A stretch of 51,124 bases of DNA from a virus: positions 1 through 51,124 of IMG/VR virus record IMGVR_UViG_3300048851_000137, one strand, 5' to 3'. Positions 1 to 8,011 of the stretch are shown here, piece after piece. Both the position numbers and the translations under genes were made by a program. Within the stretch, counting starts at the first letter, position 1. Each line of letters opens with the position of its first letter. The notes beneath the pieces were generated by a model. That model saw nothing but the letters and a program-made list of their open reading frames with translations. It ran no database searches and was not told the DNA's origin.

Positions 1-73
1 CGGCTGCCCGATAGACGGCTGCCAACTTTGAATAGGCCTCTCGGCATGCGATGGATGCCGGTACTCCAGCTTC
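1..73. repeat. Terminal overlap copy 1 (identical to 51052-51124), indicating circular closure
   Basis: cggctgcccgatagacggctgccaactttgaatagg...ggtactccagcttc is read at both window ends; 73/73 identical by direct comparison. Confidence 0.95.
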
Positions 74-196
74 AATCTCCATCGCGATCAGATCAGCCAG
101 TGTGGCCGTTTTGAGCATCGTGTCGGCGAGGATGTCGAGCAGCTTCTGACGCACTTTGCCTTCGGTTGTCGTCGGCTTGGCGGTGCTACTAGGCAT
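1..196 (-). CDS. Hypothetical protein, N-terminal part of a 91-aa ORF crossing the circular junction
   Basis: ATG at 196-194. Manual translation: MPSSTAKPTTTEGKVRQKLLDILADTMLKTATLADLIAMEIEAGVPASIACREAYSKLAAVYRAA..., continuing into the window end. Missing from the ORF track because the window edge splits it. Confidence 0.4.
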   Translation of the reverse strand, partial: MPSSTAKPTTTEGKVRQKLLDILADTMLKTATLADLIAMEIEAGVPASIACREAYSKLAAVYRAA

Positions 197-249
197 TGCG
201 ATAGCATCCTTTCCGGGTGTCTGCGTCTGTGCAACATCCTAACGAATTA

Positions 250-301
250 TGTGTCCTAGCATCACACAACCGGCGGTACACATAGAATTGCGCCGCAATT
301 C
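250..301. promoter_or_regulatory. Divergent-promoter region with a CRP-like inverted repeat (250-266) and a 17-bp palindrome (285-301)
   Basis: TGTGTcctagcaTCACA at 250-266. GAATTGCG-c-CGCAATTC at 285-301. Both lie between the minus-strand ATG at 196 and the plus-strand GTG at 483. Confidence 0.3.
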
Positions 302-482
302 GTGGCCTCGGGTTACGACCCCTTCTCCGTCATCGGTAACCATCCATTATCGGGCTAAGGCTTGGCTGGCCGGCCTGTCGCCATAATCAGGCCCCTGGTT
401 GAACCGGCTTCGCTCGGCCCGATATGGCTGGTGGCCAGGCTGCTTGAGCTTCACCATCTTTATACCATTCGGGAGACGAGCC

Positions 483-764
483 GTGCCGCAGTCGTCCGAT
501 GCCAATGCCACTGAGGTCCTGATTGAGGCCATCAATACAATCAGCGCCGCTGAGGCGCTGGTTGACCACATTGACGCCGTCCATGCCGTTGGGATGCTGG
601 TGGAGCTCCGGGAAACAATCAGCGCCACTCAGGCCTTGATCGAACTCACTGACCAGCTCGCAACGGAGCCTTTGCCCGGTACACCGGACTTGGCCGATCC
701 CCACCCTGCGCCGGATGCGTTGCCGCAGATCTCTCAGGAGCCATCAGCTTCGCGCAGGCGGTAG
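483..764 (+). CDS. Small hypothetical protein, paralogue of 3278-3466
   Basis: GTG start 7 nt after GGGAG. The N-terminus VPQSS..VLIEAINTIS is shared with the 3278 ORF, and the ~140-nt upstream leader is also conserved between the two loci. Antisense frames are open too, so coding status is uncertain. Confidence 0.35.
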   Translation: MPQSSDANATEVLIEAINTISAAEALVDHIDAVHAVGMLVELRETISATQALIELTDQLATEPLPGTPDLADPHPAPDALPQISQEPSASRRR

Positions 765-777
765 AGGCACTCCGCGC

Positions 778-1506
778 CTAACCCTGCCGGATGCCAAGCA
801 GCAGCTCAAACCGGCGCCGGGTCGCCGCGTAGCACTCGCAGGAAGCCTCTTCGAGGCCACGGCGATCCGTCACGGTAATGGTGCCCCGGCCGGAGCGGAT
901 GTAGCCCATAGCTTGGAGGTGCCCGACCGCAATGGAGACGCCGGAGCGCTGAACACAGAGCATTATCGCCAGGAAGTCCTGCGTCATCGGGATGTCTTCA
1001 CCCTCTGAGCGGTCATGCGCCATCAGCAGCCACCGTGCCAGGCGTTGCTCCAGCACATGCCGGCCGTTGCAGGCGGCGGTCTGTGCCACTTCCTCGTTGA
1101 AGGCCAGGGCGTAGCGCAGCAGCAGGGTGCGAAACGTCGGGCAGTGCTCCAGCGCTTCGCGGAAGGCTCCCGCGCTGAGGCGCAGCGCAGTGCCAGAAGC
1201 CTGCACGATACTCTCGGCGGCACTGGTATCGACCCCAAAGATCAGAGGCAGCCCGGCCATGCCCTCCTGGCCTGCATGTCCGACCTCGGCCGCGCCGCCG
1301 TCGGAAAGTAACTGGAGCGTTGAGATCCATCCCGTTTCGGGGAAGTAAACGGCGGTGATGGGCTGCTCCGGCCGGTGGAGGACCTGGCGAACGGTAAGCT
1401 CAACCCGATCCAGGCGCGGCAGCAGCCCGGCCAGTTCATCAGGCGGCAAGCCGGCCAGCAGGTGGTTGCGCGTCTGAGCGGGGTGCAGCCAATACAGGTT
1501 GGCCAT
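778..1506 (-). CDS. Crp/Fnr-family transcriptional regulator, paralogue 1 of 4
   Basis: 242 aa from ATG 1506 (internal to the 290-aa track ORF; length matches the paralogues). Effector-domain motif GHAGQEGMAGLPLIFG. C-terminal Crp-type HTH QDFLAIMLCVQRSGVSIAVGHLQAMGYIRSGRGTITVTDRRGLE. Confidence 0.8.
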   Translation of the reverse strand: MANLYWLHPAQTRNHLLAGLPPDELAGLLPRLDRVELTVRQVLHRPEQPITAVYFPETGWISTLQLLSDGGAAEVGHAGQEGMAGLPLIFGVDTSAAESIVQASGTALRLSAGAFREALEHCPTFRTLLLRYALAFNEEVAQTAACNGRHVLEQRLARWLLMAHDRSEGEDIPMTQDFLAIMLCVQRSGVSIAVGHLQAMGYIRSGRGTITVTDRRGLEEASCECYAATRRRFELLLGIRQG

Positions 1507-1856
1507 GGGGCCTCCGGTCGATGGTGTCTGCGGAGCACACTCAGCGACCCGGCGGAAGGTCGCTGCGGGCGATGACCCTATGTTAACACAGGCCCTTGCC
1601 TGCTGGCGCCGCGACCTGCAGTGAGCGGCCGCTTGCGTATGAAGAGGCAAGGCTTTCTCTTATCGGGCCTGAGTTGCTCCGGCTGCCACATTAGTCCTGG
1701 TCCGGAAAGATCAAGGCAACTCGTCCGGGAGCTGAAGTCACGACCGGCAACAGAAATAATGCCCTTGCAGGTGGAACCTCTCCACGAGCAAACGGTAGGA
1801 ACACAGCCGGTGCCTCTGATGCCCAAGCAAACTTTGGATAACGGAGAACCATAGCC

Positions 1857-2111
1857 ATGGGTTTCTACTTCTTCGATTTTAACGACGGCGATGATCAGTT
1901 CACGGACGAGGTGGGGCTTGAAGCCAGCAGCGGCGAGGAAGCCCTGCGCGAGGCGGTTGCCGCTCTCAGTCGCATGGCCGGCGACTGTCAAAGTCCCGTC
2001 AACGGGCAGGTCATGCGCATGACGATCAGAGATGATGCTGGTCATTCGCTGTATCAGGTCACGAACACGATGGCCTGGACGGCTTTATCCGAGGGAGGCC
2101 CTTCAGCCTAG
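1857..2111 (+). CDS. DUF6894-like small protein
   Basis: 84 aa with GGAG about 10 nt upstream. MGFYFFDFNDGDDQFTDEVGLE..EEALREAVAAL fits the pattern I recall for DUF6894 proteins of alphaproteobacteria. Confidence 0.6.
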   Translation: MGFYFFDFNDGDDQFTDEVGLEASSGEEALREAVAALSRMAGDCQSPVNGQVMRMTIRDDAGHSLYQVTNTMAWTALSEGGPSA

Positions 2112-2245
2112 GTTCCGCTAGCGCTTGATTCAGTCGCAAGATGCAGCCTACCAAAGCTGAGGAGATTGCCGCTGCCTGTTCAGAAGCAGTCCCGAACACG
2201 CCAAGATCAGGCCCAGTCGGACAAAGGCTGGCGTGCTATCGAGGC

Positions 2246-2974
2246 CTAGCCTATCGCAACACCGAGCAAGGCCTCAAAGCGGCGCCGGACCGCGCCATAA
2301 CACTCGCAGGCGGCCCCCTCGAGCCCCTGGCGATCGGTGATCGTGATGCTGCCTCGGCCTGTACGGATATAGCCGGCAGTTTGGAAACGACCGACCGCGA
2401 TGGTGAGGCCCGGGCGCTGCACACACAGCATCATCGCCAGGAAGTCCTGGGTCATCGGGACTTCGTCCCCATCCGAGCGGTCATGGGCCATCAGCAGCCA
2501 GCGCGCCAGCCGCTGCTGCAGCACATGCCGGCCATTGCAGGCGGCGGTCTGCGCCACCTCCTCATAGAAGGCCAGGGCATAGCGCAGCAGCAGCGCCCGA
2601 AAGGCGGGGCAGCGCTCCAGCCCGTCGCGGAAGGCCTCCGCGCTCATGCGCAGGGCGGTTCCGGGGGCCTGCACCATGCCCTCGGCGGCAGTGGTGTCGG
2701 CCCCGAAGAGCAAGGGTAGCCCGAGCATGCCTTCGCGTCCGGCATGCCCGACCTCGGCCGCACCACCATCGGAGAGCAGGTTGATGATCGAGACCCATCC
2801 CGCCTCAGGGAAATGGACGCCGGTGATCGGCTCCTCCGGGCGCTGGAGAACCTGGCGCAAGGTCAGTTCGACCCGCTCCATGCGCGGTAGCAGAATGGCC
2901 AGTTCATTGGATGGCACGGCAGCCAGCAGGTGGTTCCGCGGCTGCGCAGGGTGCAGGTCAAGGATATTGGACAT
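2246..2974 (-). CDS. Crp/Fnr-family transcriptional regulator, paralogue 2 of 4
   Basis: 242 aa, MSNILDLHPAQPRNHLL.... Same architecture as 778-1506. HTH is CVQRPGLTIAVGRFQTAGYIRTGRGSITITDRQGLE. Confidence 0.8.
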   Translation of the reverse strand: MSNILDLHPAQPRNHLLAAVPSNELAILLPRMERVELTLRQVLQRPEEPITGVHFPEAGWVSIINLLSDGGAAEVGHAGREGMLGLPLLFGADTTAAEGMVQAPGTALRMSAEAFRDGLERCPAFRALLLRYALAFYEEVAQTAACNGRHVLQQRLARWLLMAHDRSDGDEVPMTQDFLAMMLCVQRPGLTIAVGRFQTAGYIRTGRGSITITDRQGLEGAACECYGAVRRRFEALLGVAIG

Positions 2975-3277
2975 GGGGGCATTCCAGTCGACGCTGTCGG
3001 CGGGAGCGCTCCACTCTCAGTCGCCTACGCCGAAAGGTCGCTGCAGAACGATCCCGTATGATAACACAGGAACGCTGCCTGCTCGGTACGCTAACGCACA
3101 CCGGAGCCAATTCGGGTATGAACAGGCACGCAGGTCATCCGTAATCGTGCTGAGGCTTCGTTTAGTGGCAGTCGCCATGATTGGGCCCTGGTTGAAGCTT
3201 TTGCGTTCGGGCCGATATGGCTGGCGGCTAGCCTGGCCATCGCAGTAGCATCTTCATCGCTCATTGGGAGGCATGCC

Positions 3278-3466
3278 GTGCCGCAGTCGTCCCACCCCAG
3301 CCCAACCCGGGTGCTGGTTGATCTCATCGACACGATCAGCACCACACCTGCACCGCGCCTTGAAGGTGTGCCGGATCCACTGGTGCTTCCTGTCCCGCCG
3401 ATTCTGACGGAGGCCGTCGATGGTCACCGGGGTTCTCTCGAAGAGCCTGAGACCCCGCCCTCATAG
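3278..3466 (+). CDS. Small hypothetical protein, paralogue of 483-764
   Basis: GTG start after GGGAGG. N-terminus VPQSSHPSPTRVLVDLIDTIS. Conserved leader shared with the 483 locus. Confidence 0.35.
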   Translation: MPQSSHPSPTRVLVDLIDTISTTPAPRLEGVPDPLVLPVPPILTEAVDGHRGSLEEPETPPS

Positions 3467-3745
3467 ATAGTAAGCCGCCATTATCGGGCCCGGCTTACCA
3501 TCTCAGCCACCTTGCCCGATTTCCCGCCGAGCGGCGCGCCTTGTCCCAGCGCCGTCGTTTGCGAGCCGCAGCCATTGCAGGCCGCAACCAACATTGCAGC
3601 TGCGCATTTTCCGGCGGGTCTTCGCCGCAGGTGAGCGTGGGGCCGGTATGTGGAAGTACGGATCTCACAGCGGACTTTGCATCGGAATGGCTGCAGGGGG
3701 CGCAGTTCGTCGGCGGCGAAGACCTTTTTGTAAGGGTTCTGCCCT

Positions 3746-4339
3746 CTAGCCCAGCAGGTGCCCTCCCCTGCCCTTCCACGCGGCCTCCAGCGCTGCCCAG
3801 GACTGGTTGCCCAGCGCCTCGAGCTTCTGCCGCACCGCCGCCGGCACCCAGCGGCCGCGCCAGTCCCGCGCTGAAGCACGCTCTTGATATTCTGAGGGTT
3901 TAGCTACCGAGTCAGTTTGGCCCTGCCTGAAATCCGGCAGGCCTGGCGGGAACGAATAGGCGTTGCTGGTGCGCATGGCCTTCCGGAGCACGTGCAGTCT
4001 GCCAGCCACCTGCACCGGCCAGCCAACGACCCGCAGGCGGGCCTGCACCTGCAACAGTCCCCAGGCTTGCAGGGTTCGCACCGCCCGCTTGACGCTGCGC
4101 AGGCTGACCGCCGCCTCACGGGCGATGAAGGCCATGCTGGGGATCAGCACCCCGGCGCCGCGCGGCGCCTTCCAGAGCAGCCAGTCGAAGACCAGGCGCG
4201 TGGTGCCGGTGAACGGCCCCTGGCTGCCCTTGCGACGGTGGGCGCGATTGATGGTGAGCATGCGACGCCAAAGGCCGCCCCGGTGCTCAGCCGAGGCCGT
4301 GCAGGATGGCGCACTTAGCGCGAAGGCATTGCGGTCCAT
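3746..4339 (-). CDS. Winged-helix/HTH DNA-binding protein, candidate plasmid-type replication initiator
   Basis: 197 aa. HTH-like segment MAFIAREAAVSLRSVKRAVRTLQAWGLLQV. Divergent from and adjacent to the parA locus. The Rep role rests on position only. Confidence 0.45.
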   Translation of the reverse strand: MDRNAFALSAPSCTASAEHRGGLWRRMLTINRAHRRKGSQGPFTGTTRLVFDWLLWKAPRGAGVLIPSMAFIAREAAVSLRSVKRAVRTLQAWGLLQVQARLRVVGWPVQVAGRLHVLRKAMRTSNAYSFPPGLPDFRQGQTDSVAKPSEYQERASARDWRGRWVPAAVRQKLEALGNQSWAALEAAWKGRGGHLLG

Positions 4340-4600
4340 ATCGGTCCCGCCCGGACGCAGTTCTCCCGCCGCAGAAAGCCTTGCGGTTTTTCAGCCCGAG
4401 CACTAAATTCGAGAGGTCATTGTTTCTCTCGGCCTGACGGGCGCCAACCCGCTAGTGCTCGCGATGTAAGGGTCGTTCCTGAGAGGGGGCGGCCTTTCTT
4501 CGTTTCTGGCCGCCGGATTGCGGGCCGGCAGTATGATGCCTGCACTGCCGCGCCTCCGCAACTAAACCATTGAAGACGCTATAAATACCTCTTCCGGCAC

Positions 4601-4660
4601 CCCGGAGTTCCGGTTATCCGACATATCGGTTGACCGGAGTACCGGAAGCTCGGATAGTCG
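4601..4660. promoter_or_regulatory. parA upstream repeat cluster with inverted centromere-like core
   Basis: CCGGAGTTCCGG, TTATCCGACATATCGG (4614-4629, reverse complement of CCGATATGTCGGATAA), CCGGAGTACCGG and CGGATAGTCGG lie directly before the parA ATG at 4665. Confidence 0.6.
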
Positions 4661-4664
4661 GCGC

Positions 4665-5363
4665 ATGGCACCTCCAATCCTCGTATTGGCCAGCACAAAG
4701 GGCGGCGTTGGCAAGACAACGCTGGCTTTCTGCCTGGCCACAGAACTCGCGCGCCGACTATCCGAAAGTCCGGATAACCGGGACTCCGATATGTCGGATA
4801 ATCGGGGTGTCGAATGCATAGACGCTGACCCGAATCAGACGCTCTATCAGGCCGTCCGCCGCGGTAAGCCGCCCGGGGTGCGTGCGGAGGTCGCCAACGG
4901 CGAAAACCTCCTGGCCGCAGTGGGAGAGGCGAGCCGACGGGCCGCTCTGGTGGTCATCGATCTGGAGGGCTCGGCCAACCAAGCCATGCTCTATGCCTGC
5001 GGCAAAGCCAGTCTGGTGCTGATCCCCGCCCAGCCGTCGCTATTCGATGTGGTCGAGGCCATGAAAACGCACGCCGTCGTGGAGCAGGCGGCGGATCTGA
5101 CCCGGCGCGAAATTGCTGCCCGCGTGGTTCTGTCGCGTACACCGGTCCTGCGGCAGCGAGTGGTCGAACATAGCCGGAAGCAGTTCGCCGAACGCGGGCT
5201 GCCCATGCTCTCGGCCGAGCTGATGGAACGAACTGCCTTCCGCCTGATGACCTATACCGGCACCCCGCCATGGGAGGATGACCCTGAGGGCGGCGCCGCG
5301 GGCAATGTCACCGCTCTCGGTGATGAGGTCGCCGGCCTGCTGGGGCTCTCGACCAATGGGTAA
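4665..5363 (+). CDS. parA: ParA/Soj-family partition ATPase (small, type Ib-like)
   Basis: Deviant Walker A LASTKGGVGKTTLAF; IDADPNQT; 232 aa. Contains an unusual insert LSESPDNRDSDMSDNRG encoded by the centromere-like repeat. Confidence 0.9.
   Translation: MAPPILVLASTKGGVGKTTLAFCLATELARRLSESPDNRDSDMSDNRGVECIDADPNQTLYQAVRRGKPPGVRAEVANGENLLAAVGEASRRAALVVIDLEGSANQAMLYACGKASLVLIPAQPSLFDVVEAMKTHAVVEQAADLTRREIAARVVLSRTPVLRQRVVEHSRKQFAERGLPMLSAELMERTAFRLMTYTGTPPWEDDPEGGAAGNVTALGDEVAGLLGLSTNG
4786..4801 (+). repeat. Centromere-like core CCGATATGTCGGATAA inside the parA coding sequence
   Basis: Same 15-16-nt core as at 5665-5679, 5811-5825 and (inverted) 4614-4629. Flanked by TATCCGA and TCCGGATAA submotifs. 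Confidence 0.7.
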
Positions 5364-5664
5364 GCGCCCGATGCCGGCCATCCCGGATATTGGAGATGAT
5401 GAGCTTCGCCAGCGGCTACAGCCCTTGGCCGACCGCGTCCTGCCTCGCCAGTCGGCGCCCGCCCAGGCTCAGCCGAGCAAGCCTCGCCGCCAAGGGATGG
5501 AGTTCATGCTGCCCGAGCCGGTCGCGCTGGAGATCAAGACCAGGGCAGCACGGCGGCAGATATCAGCCACAACGCTGATGTTGGAGGTGCTGCGCGACGC
5601 AGGCTTCCCCGTGGTGCCTGCTGATTTCGTTGACCTTCGGAAGCTGCCCCGGAAGTCCGGATAG
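5356..5664 (+). CDS. Ribbon-helix-helix-type centromere-binding protein (ParG/ParB-like partner of type Ib ParA)
   Basis: ATG 5356 overlaps the parA 3' end by 8 nt. 102 aa: a disordered basic N-terminus, then MEFMLPEPVALEIKTRAARRQISATTLMLEVLRDAGF, a beta-alpha-alpha pattern. Confidence 0.6.
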   Translation: MGKRPMPAIPDIGDDELRQRLQPLADRVLPRQSAPAQAQPSKPRRQGMEFMLPEPVALEIKTRAARRQISATTLMLEVLRDAGFPVVPADFVDLRKLPRKSG

Positions 5665-5854
5665 CCGATATGTCGGATATTCGGTTATCCGAAATTCCGA
5701 CTATCCGAGTATCCGAGTATCGCGATACTGGAGGTGCTGCGCGACGCAGGCATCGCCGTTGTGCCTGCTGATTCATTGACCTTCGAAAGCTATCCCGGAA
5801 GTCCGGATAGCCGATATGTCGGATATTAGGTTATCCGAAATTCCGACTGTCCGG
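5582..5854 (+). repeat. Two ~125-bp direct repeats (5582-5707 and 5729-5853, period 146-147 bp), each carrying the centromere-like core
   Basis: Hand alignment gives about 90% identity with one 1-nt indel. Copy 1 includes the last ~27 codons of the RHH gene. Cores CCGATATGTCGGATA at 5665-5679 and 5811-5825. Extra TATCCGAG repeats at 5701-5720. Confidence 0.85.
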
Positions 5855-5928
5855 ATATAGCCTCGCCCCCTCGTTTGATCGGCCGCCCAAGCCTGGATAG
5901 GGAACGCGAGCCCAGCTAGATTAGAAGG

Positions 5929-6645
5929 ATGAAGAACGCGAGTGAGATCGCCTATTGCATCGCATCAATGGAGAACGACTTCGATTTATTCGAAGGAATC
6001 GTTCGGAGTTGGCTTACTGCAGATCTTCCTCCTCCCGGGAAAGCGTCAAGGGATCAGACCTTTGGGTCCTTCTCGCGAGTACTAGATAGCCTTGAACGGA
6101 GAGTGGGGATCAAGCTTAAGCACCGGGACGAATTCGAGGAGTATCTCAAAAGCGACAAACAGGAGGATTGGCAGCGGATATTCACTGCAGCTCTGCCGGG
6201 GATACGTAAAGAGGTCCTTGATGTTGTCACCGCTGCACTTCTGGCGCTACCCGAGCCGTCGTGGCTCAATCTTTTACCGCCGCCCTTCACAGCGCAGGTT
6301 CAGTCACTATTACGCTCGGGCCATTATCTAAGCGCAGTCCGGCAAGGTTGTGACGCGGTTCGAGCGTTGATGCGTGAAAAGACAGGATTCCACGACCTGG
6401 ATGCAACTGAGCTGGTAAACAAAGCCTACGGCAAAGATGGTCAGTTCAAGCTCGCCGCTTGGGAGGGTCATTCGCTGGACAGTGTCTGGCGCGGGTACGC
6501 CGATATGCTGCGCGGAGCTATGACAGGCATCCGCAATGCCCACTACCACGGTACAGACGAGATTGATGAGGCTGAGGCGTCACGCCTTTTGGTGATCTTG
6601 GGAACTCTTTGGTTGCGCGTAGAGGGCACTACGAAGGTCGGGTAG
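5929..6645 (+). CDS. Protein with C-terminal TIGR02391/Hypoth_Ymh-like domain and an unrecognised N-terminal half
   Basis: 238 aa in an AT-richer island. The C-terminal region FTAQVQSLLRSGHYLSAVRQGCDAVRALMREKTG...LRGAMTGIRNAHYHG..EAEASRLLVILGTLWLRV fits the Ymh pattern (GHY..AV, G.RN..aH, eA...L) as I remember it. Confidence 0.6.
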   Translation: MKNASEIAYCIASMENDFDLFEGIVRSWLTADLPPPGKASRDQTFGSFSRVLDSLERRVGIKLKHRDEFEEYLKSDKQEDWQRIFTAALPGIRKEVLDVVTAALLALPEPSWLNLLPPPFTAQVQSLLRSGHYLSAVRQGCDAVRALMREKTGFHDLDATELVNKAYGKDGQFKLAAWEGHSLDSVWRGYADMLRGAMTGIRNAHYHGTDEIDEAEASRLLVILGTLWLRVEGTTKVG

Positions 6646-6773
6646 GCATTCCAGGCGCTGGTTCCGTCGGTGCCGGCACCGCGACGTTCGTTTGATCGTC
6701 AGCCATTGGTCGCCTCTAGCCCCTCCCATGTTTTACGGGTGATCACAAAAGGAGCGCGGTCAGGCAGTTGCCA

Positions 6774-7631
6774 CTACGCACCAAAAATAGCTTCGCTAAT
6801 TCGGGAGATTTCCCGCGCCTTCACAACGTAAGCAAGATTCATCCGGACATCTGTGGCAACCTTAATGCCAGCATCCTGCGGAATGTTTGTGGGGATAGGC
6901 ACGATTGTTACTATTCCATTTTCGGAAATCCGAGGCCCGCCCCAAACTATTCCAAGCAAGCAGGCGCGTTCACCGACGGTGATGGTCCCATTTGACTTAT
7001 TGGATAAATACGGCCCTCTTCCCAAGAAAAATACTGGAGAGCCTGAAGATCCTGAGAACAGGGCGGCATCCACCACGAACTCTGGCTTTCCGTTGTAGTC
7101 GATAGCTAGATGAGATGCGGTGACGCCTGCGCGGAAAAGCGGAAACCCGTGCTTCTGATCCCACTGCCCATTCGGACAGCCCACCATAACGACTTGTTCA
7201 AGAATATCACTGTTATGTATTTGCTCTTGAGTAGCAAAAACCGATTCATCCAACCAAACAACGTAAATTTTCTTGCCGGCGTTTGCCTTCTCCCAATCTA
7301 TAATAGCTTTATCAAGTGAGATTGCCGCTAAATCAACTTCTGGGTCAGGATGATAAGCGATCCCGCAGTTAATATTAACCATCAAATTGATGACCACCGG
7401 CGTTTCGGCGATAAGATCGTTTTCAATGATATGAAATGCTATGCGGAAATATGTAGCGTTAGCCACAACATGTCTATTCGTCACTAAGACCGGCAGTTTG
7501 AATTCTTTACTTTTTGACTCCAGTATAAAGCTGGAGCCAGTTCCTATCCAAGCCCTCTCACTGTTGCCGCCTTCGACTCGTTTCACAGCATACATAAGCT
7601 GTTCCGCGGTGGTTTGAGGCTTGAAAGGCAT
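6774..7631 (-). CDS. Trypsin-like (chymotrypsin-fold) serine peptidase, predicted cytoplasmic
   Basis: ATG 7631 with GGAG 9 nt upstream (the track ORF extends to GTG 7676). Catalytic motifs VLVTNRHVV (His), EVDLAAISL (Asp) and SGSSGSPVFF (Ser). No signal peptide or TM segment is visible. Confidence 0.8.
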   Translation of the reverse strand: MPFKPQTTAEQLMYAVKRVEGGNSERAWIGTGSSFILESKSKEFKLPVLVTNRHVVANATYFRIAFHIIENDLIAETPVVINLMVNINCGIAYHPDPEVDLAAISLDKAIIDWEKANAGKKIYVVWLDESVFATQEQIHNSDILEQVVMVGCPNGQWDQKHGFPLFRAGVTASHLAIDYNGKPEFVVDAALFSGSSGSPVFFLGRGPYLSNKSNGTITVGERACLLGIVWGGPRISENGIVTIVPIPTNIPQDAGIKVATDVRMNLAYVVKAREISRISEAIFGA

Positions 7632-7738
7632 GCTGCAGCTCCAGCGTTGAAGATGCAAAGTATCCCGCGCCGACACGTGCTGCGCCAGCCTTGGCCAAAA
7701 TCAACCCTCACGCCGCTGCCCGCTTGTTAGGCCATCCG

Positions 7739-8011
7739 TCACGCGCCTTCTTCTGGGAACATCGGCAACTGCCCCGCAACTTTGCAGCACGCGTTCCAGA
7801 AACGCTTCGCTGCAGTATCTTGGGAAAGCCCTGGCGCTACCCTAAGGAATGGCTCTTCACCCAATCCTATCTCAAGCCAGACCTTGCCCTCTGGGTCGCT
7901 GAAATTCAGACGCGGAGGTTTGGCTCGCGTTACCTCAAGAATGGTCCGCATCCACGGCCTGGTCTGAATCGAACGCTCGGAACTTTCTTGGTTCGTTTGA
8001 TCGTCAGGCAT
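7739..8011 (-). CDS. Hypothetical 90-aa protein between the recombinase-like gene and the protease
   Basis: ATG 8011 overlaps the upstream gene end by 8 nt. MPDDQTNQESSERSIQTRPWMRTILEV.... No recognisable motif. Confidence 0.3.
   Translation of the reverse strand: MPDDQTNQESSERSIQTRPWMRTILEVTRAKPPRLNFSDPEGKVWLEIGLGEEPFLRVAPGLSQDTAAKRFWNACCKVAGQLPMFPEEGA

Noticed and set aside
2141-2719. Plus-strand ORFs antisense to the Crp paralogues (2141-2719, 1015-1311, 49557-50099, 50128-50649)
   Set aside because: They recur only because the underlying Crp genes are paralogous. The minus-strand products have coherent Crp/Fnr architecture and these do not.
4612-5840. GGTTATCCGA(C/A) repeats as DnaA boxes marking a plasmid origin
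   Set aside because: TTATCCGAA/TTATCCGAC differs from TTATCCACA at two core positions. The copies are always part of the larger partition repeat unit, so they are better explained as centromere submotifs.
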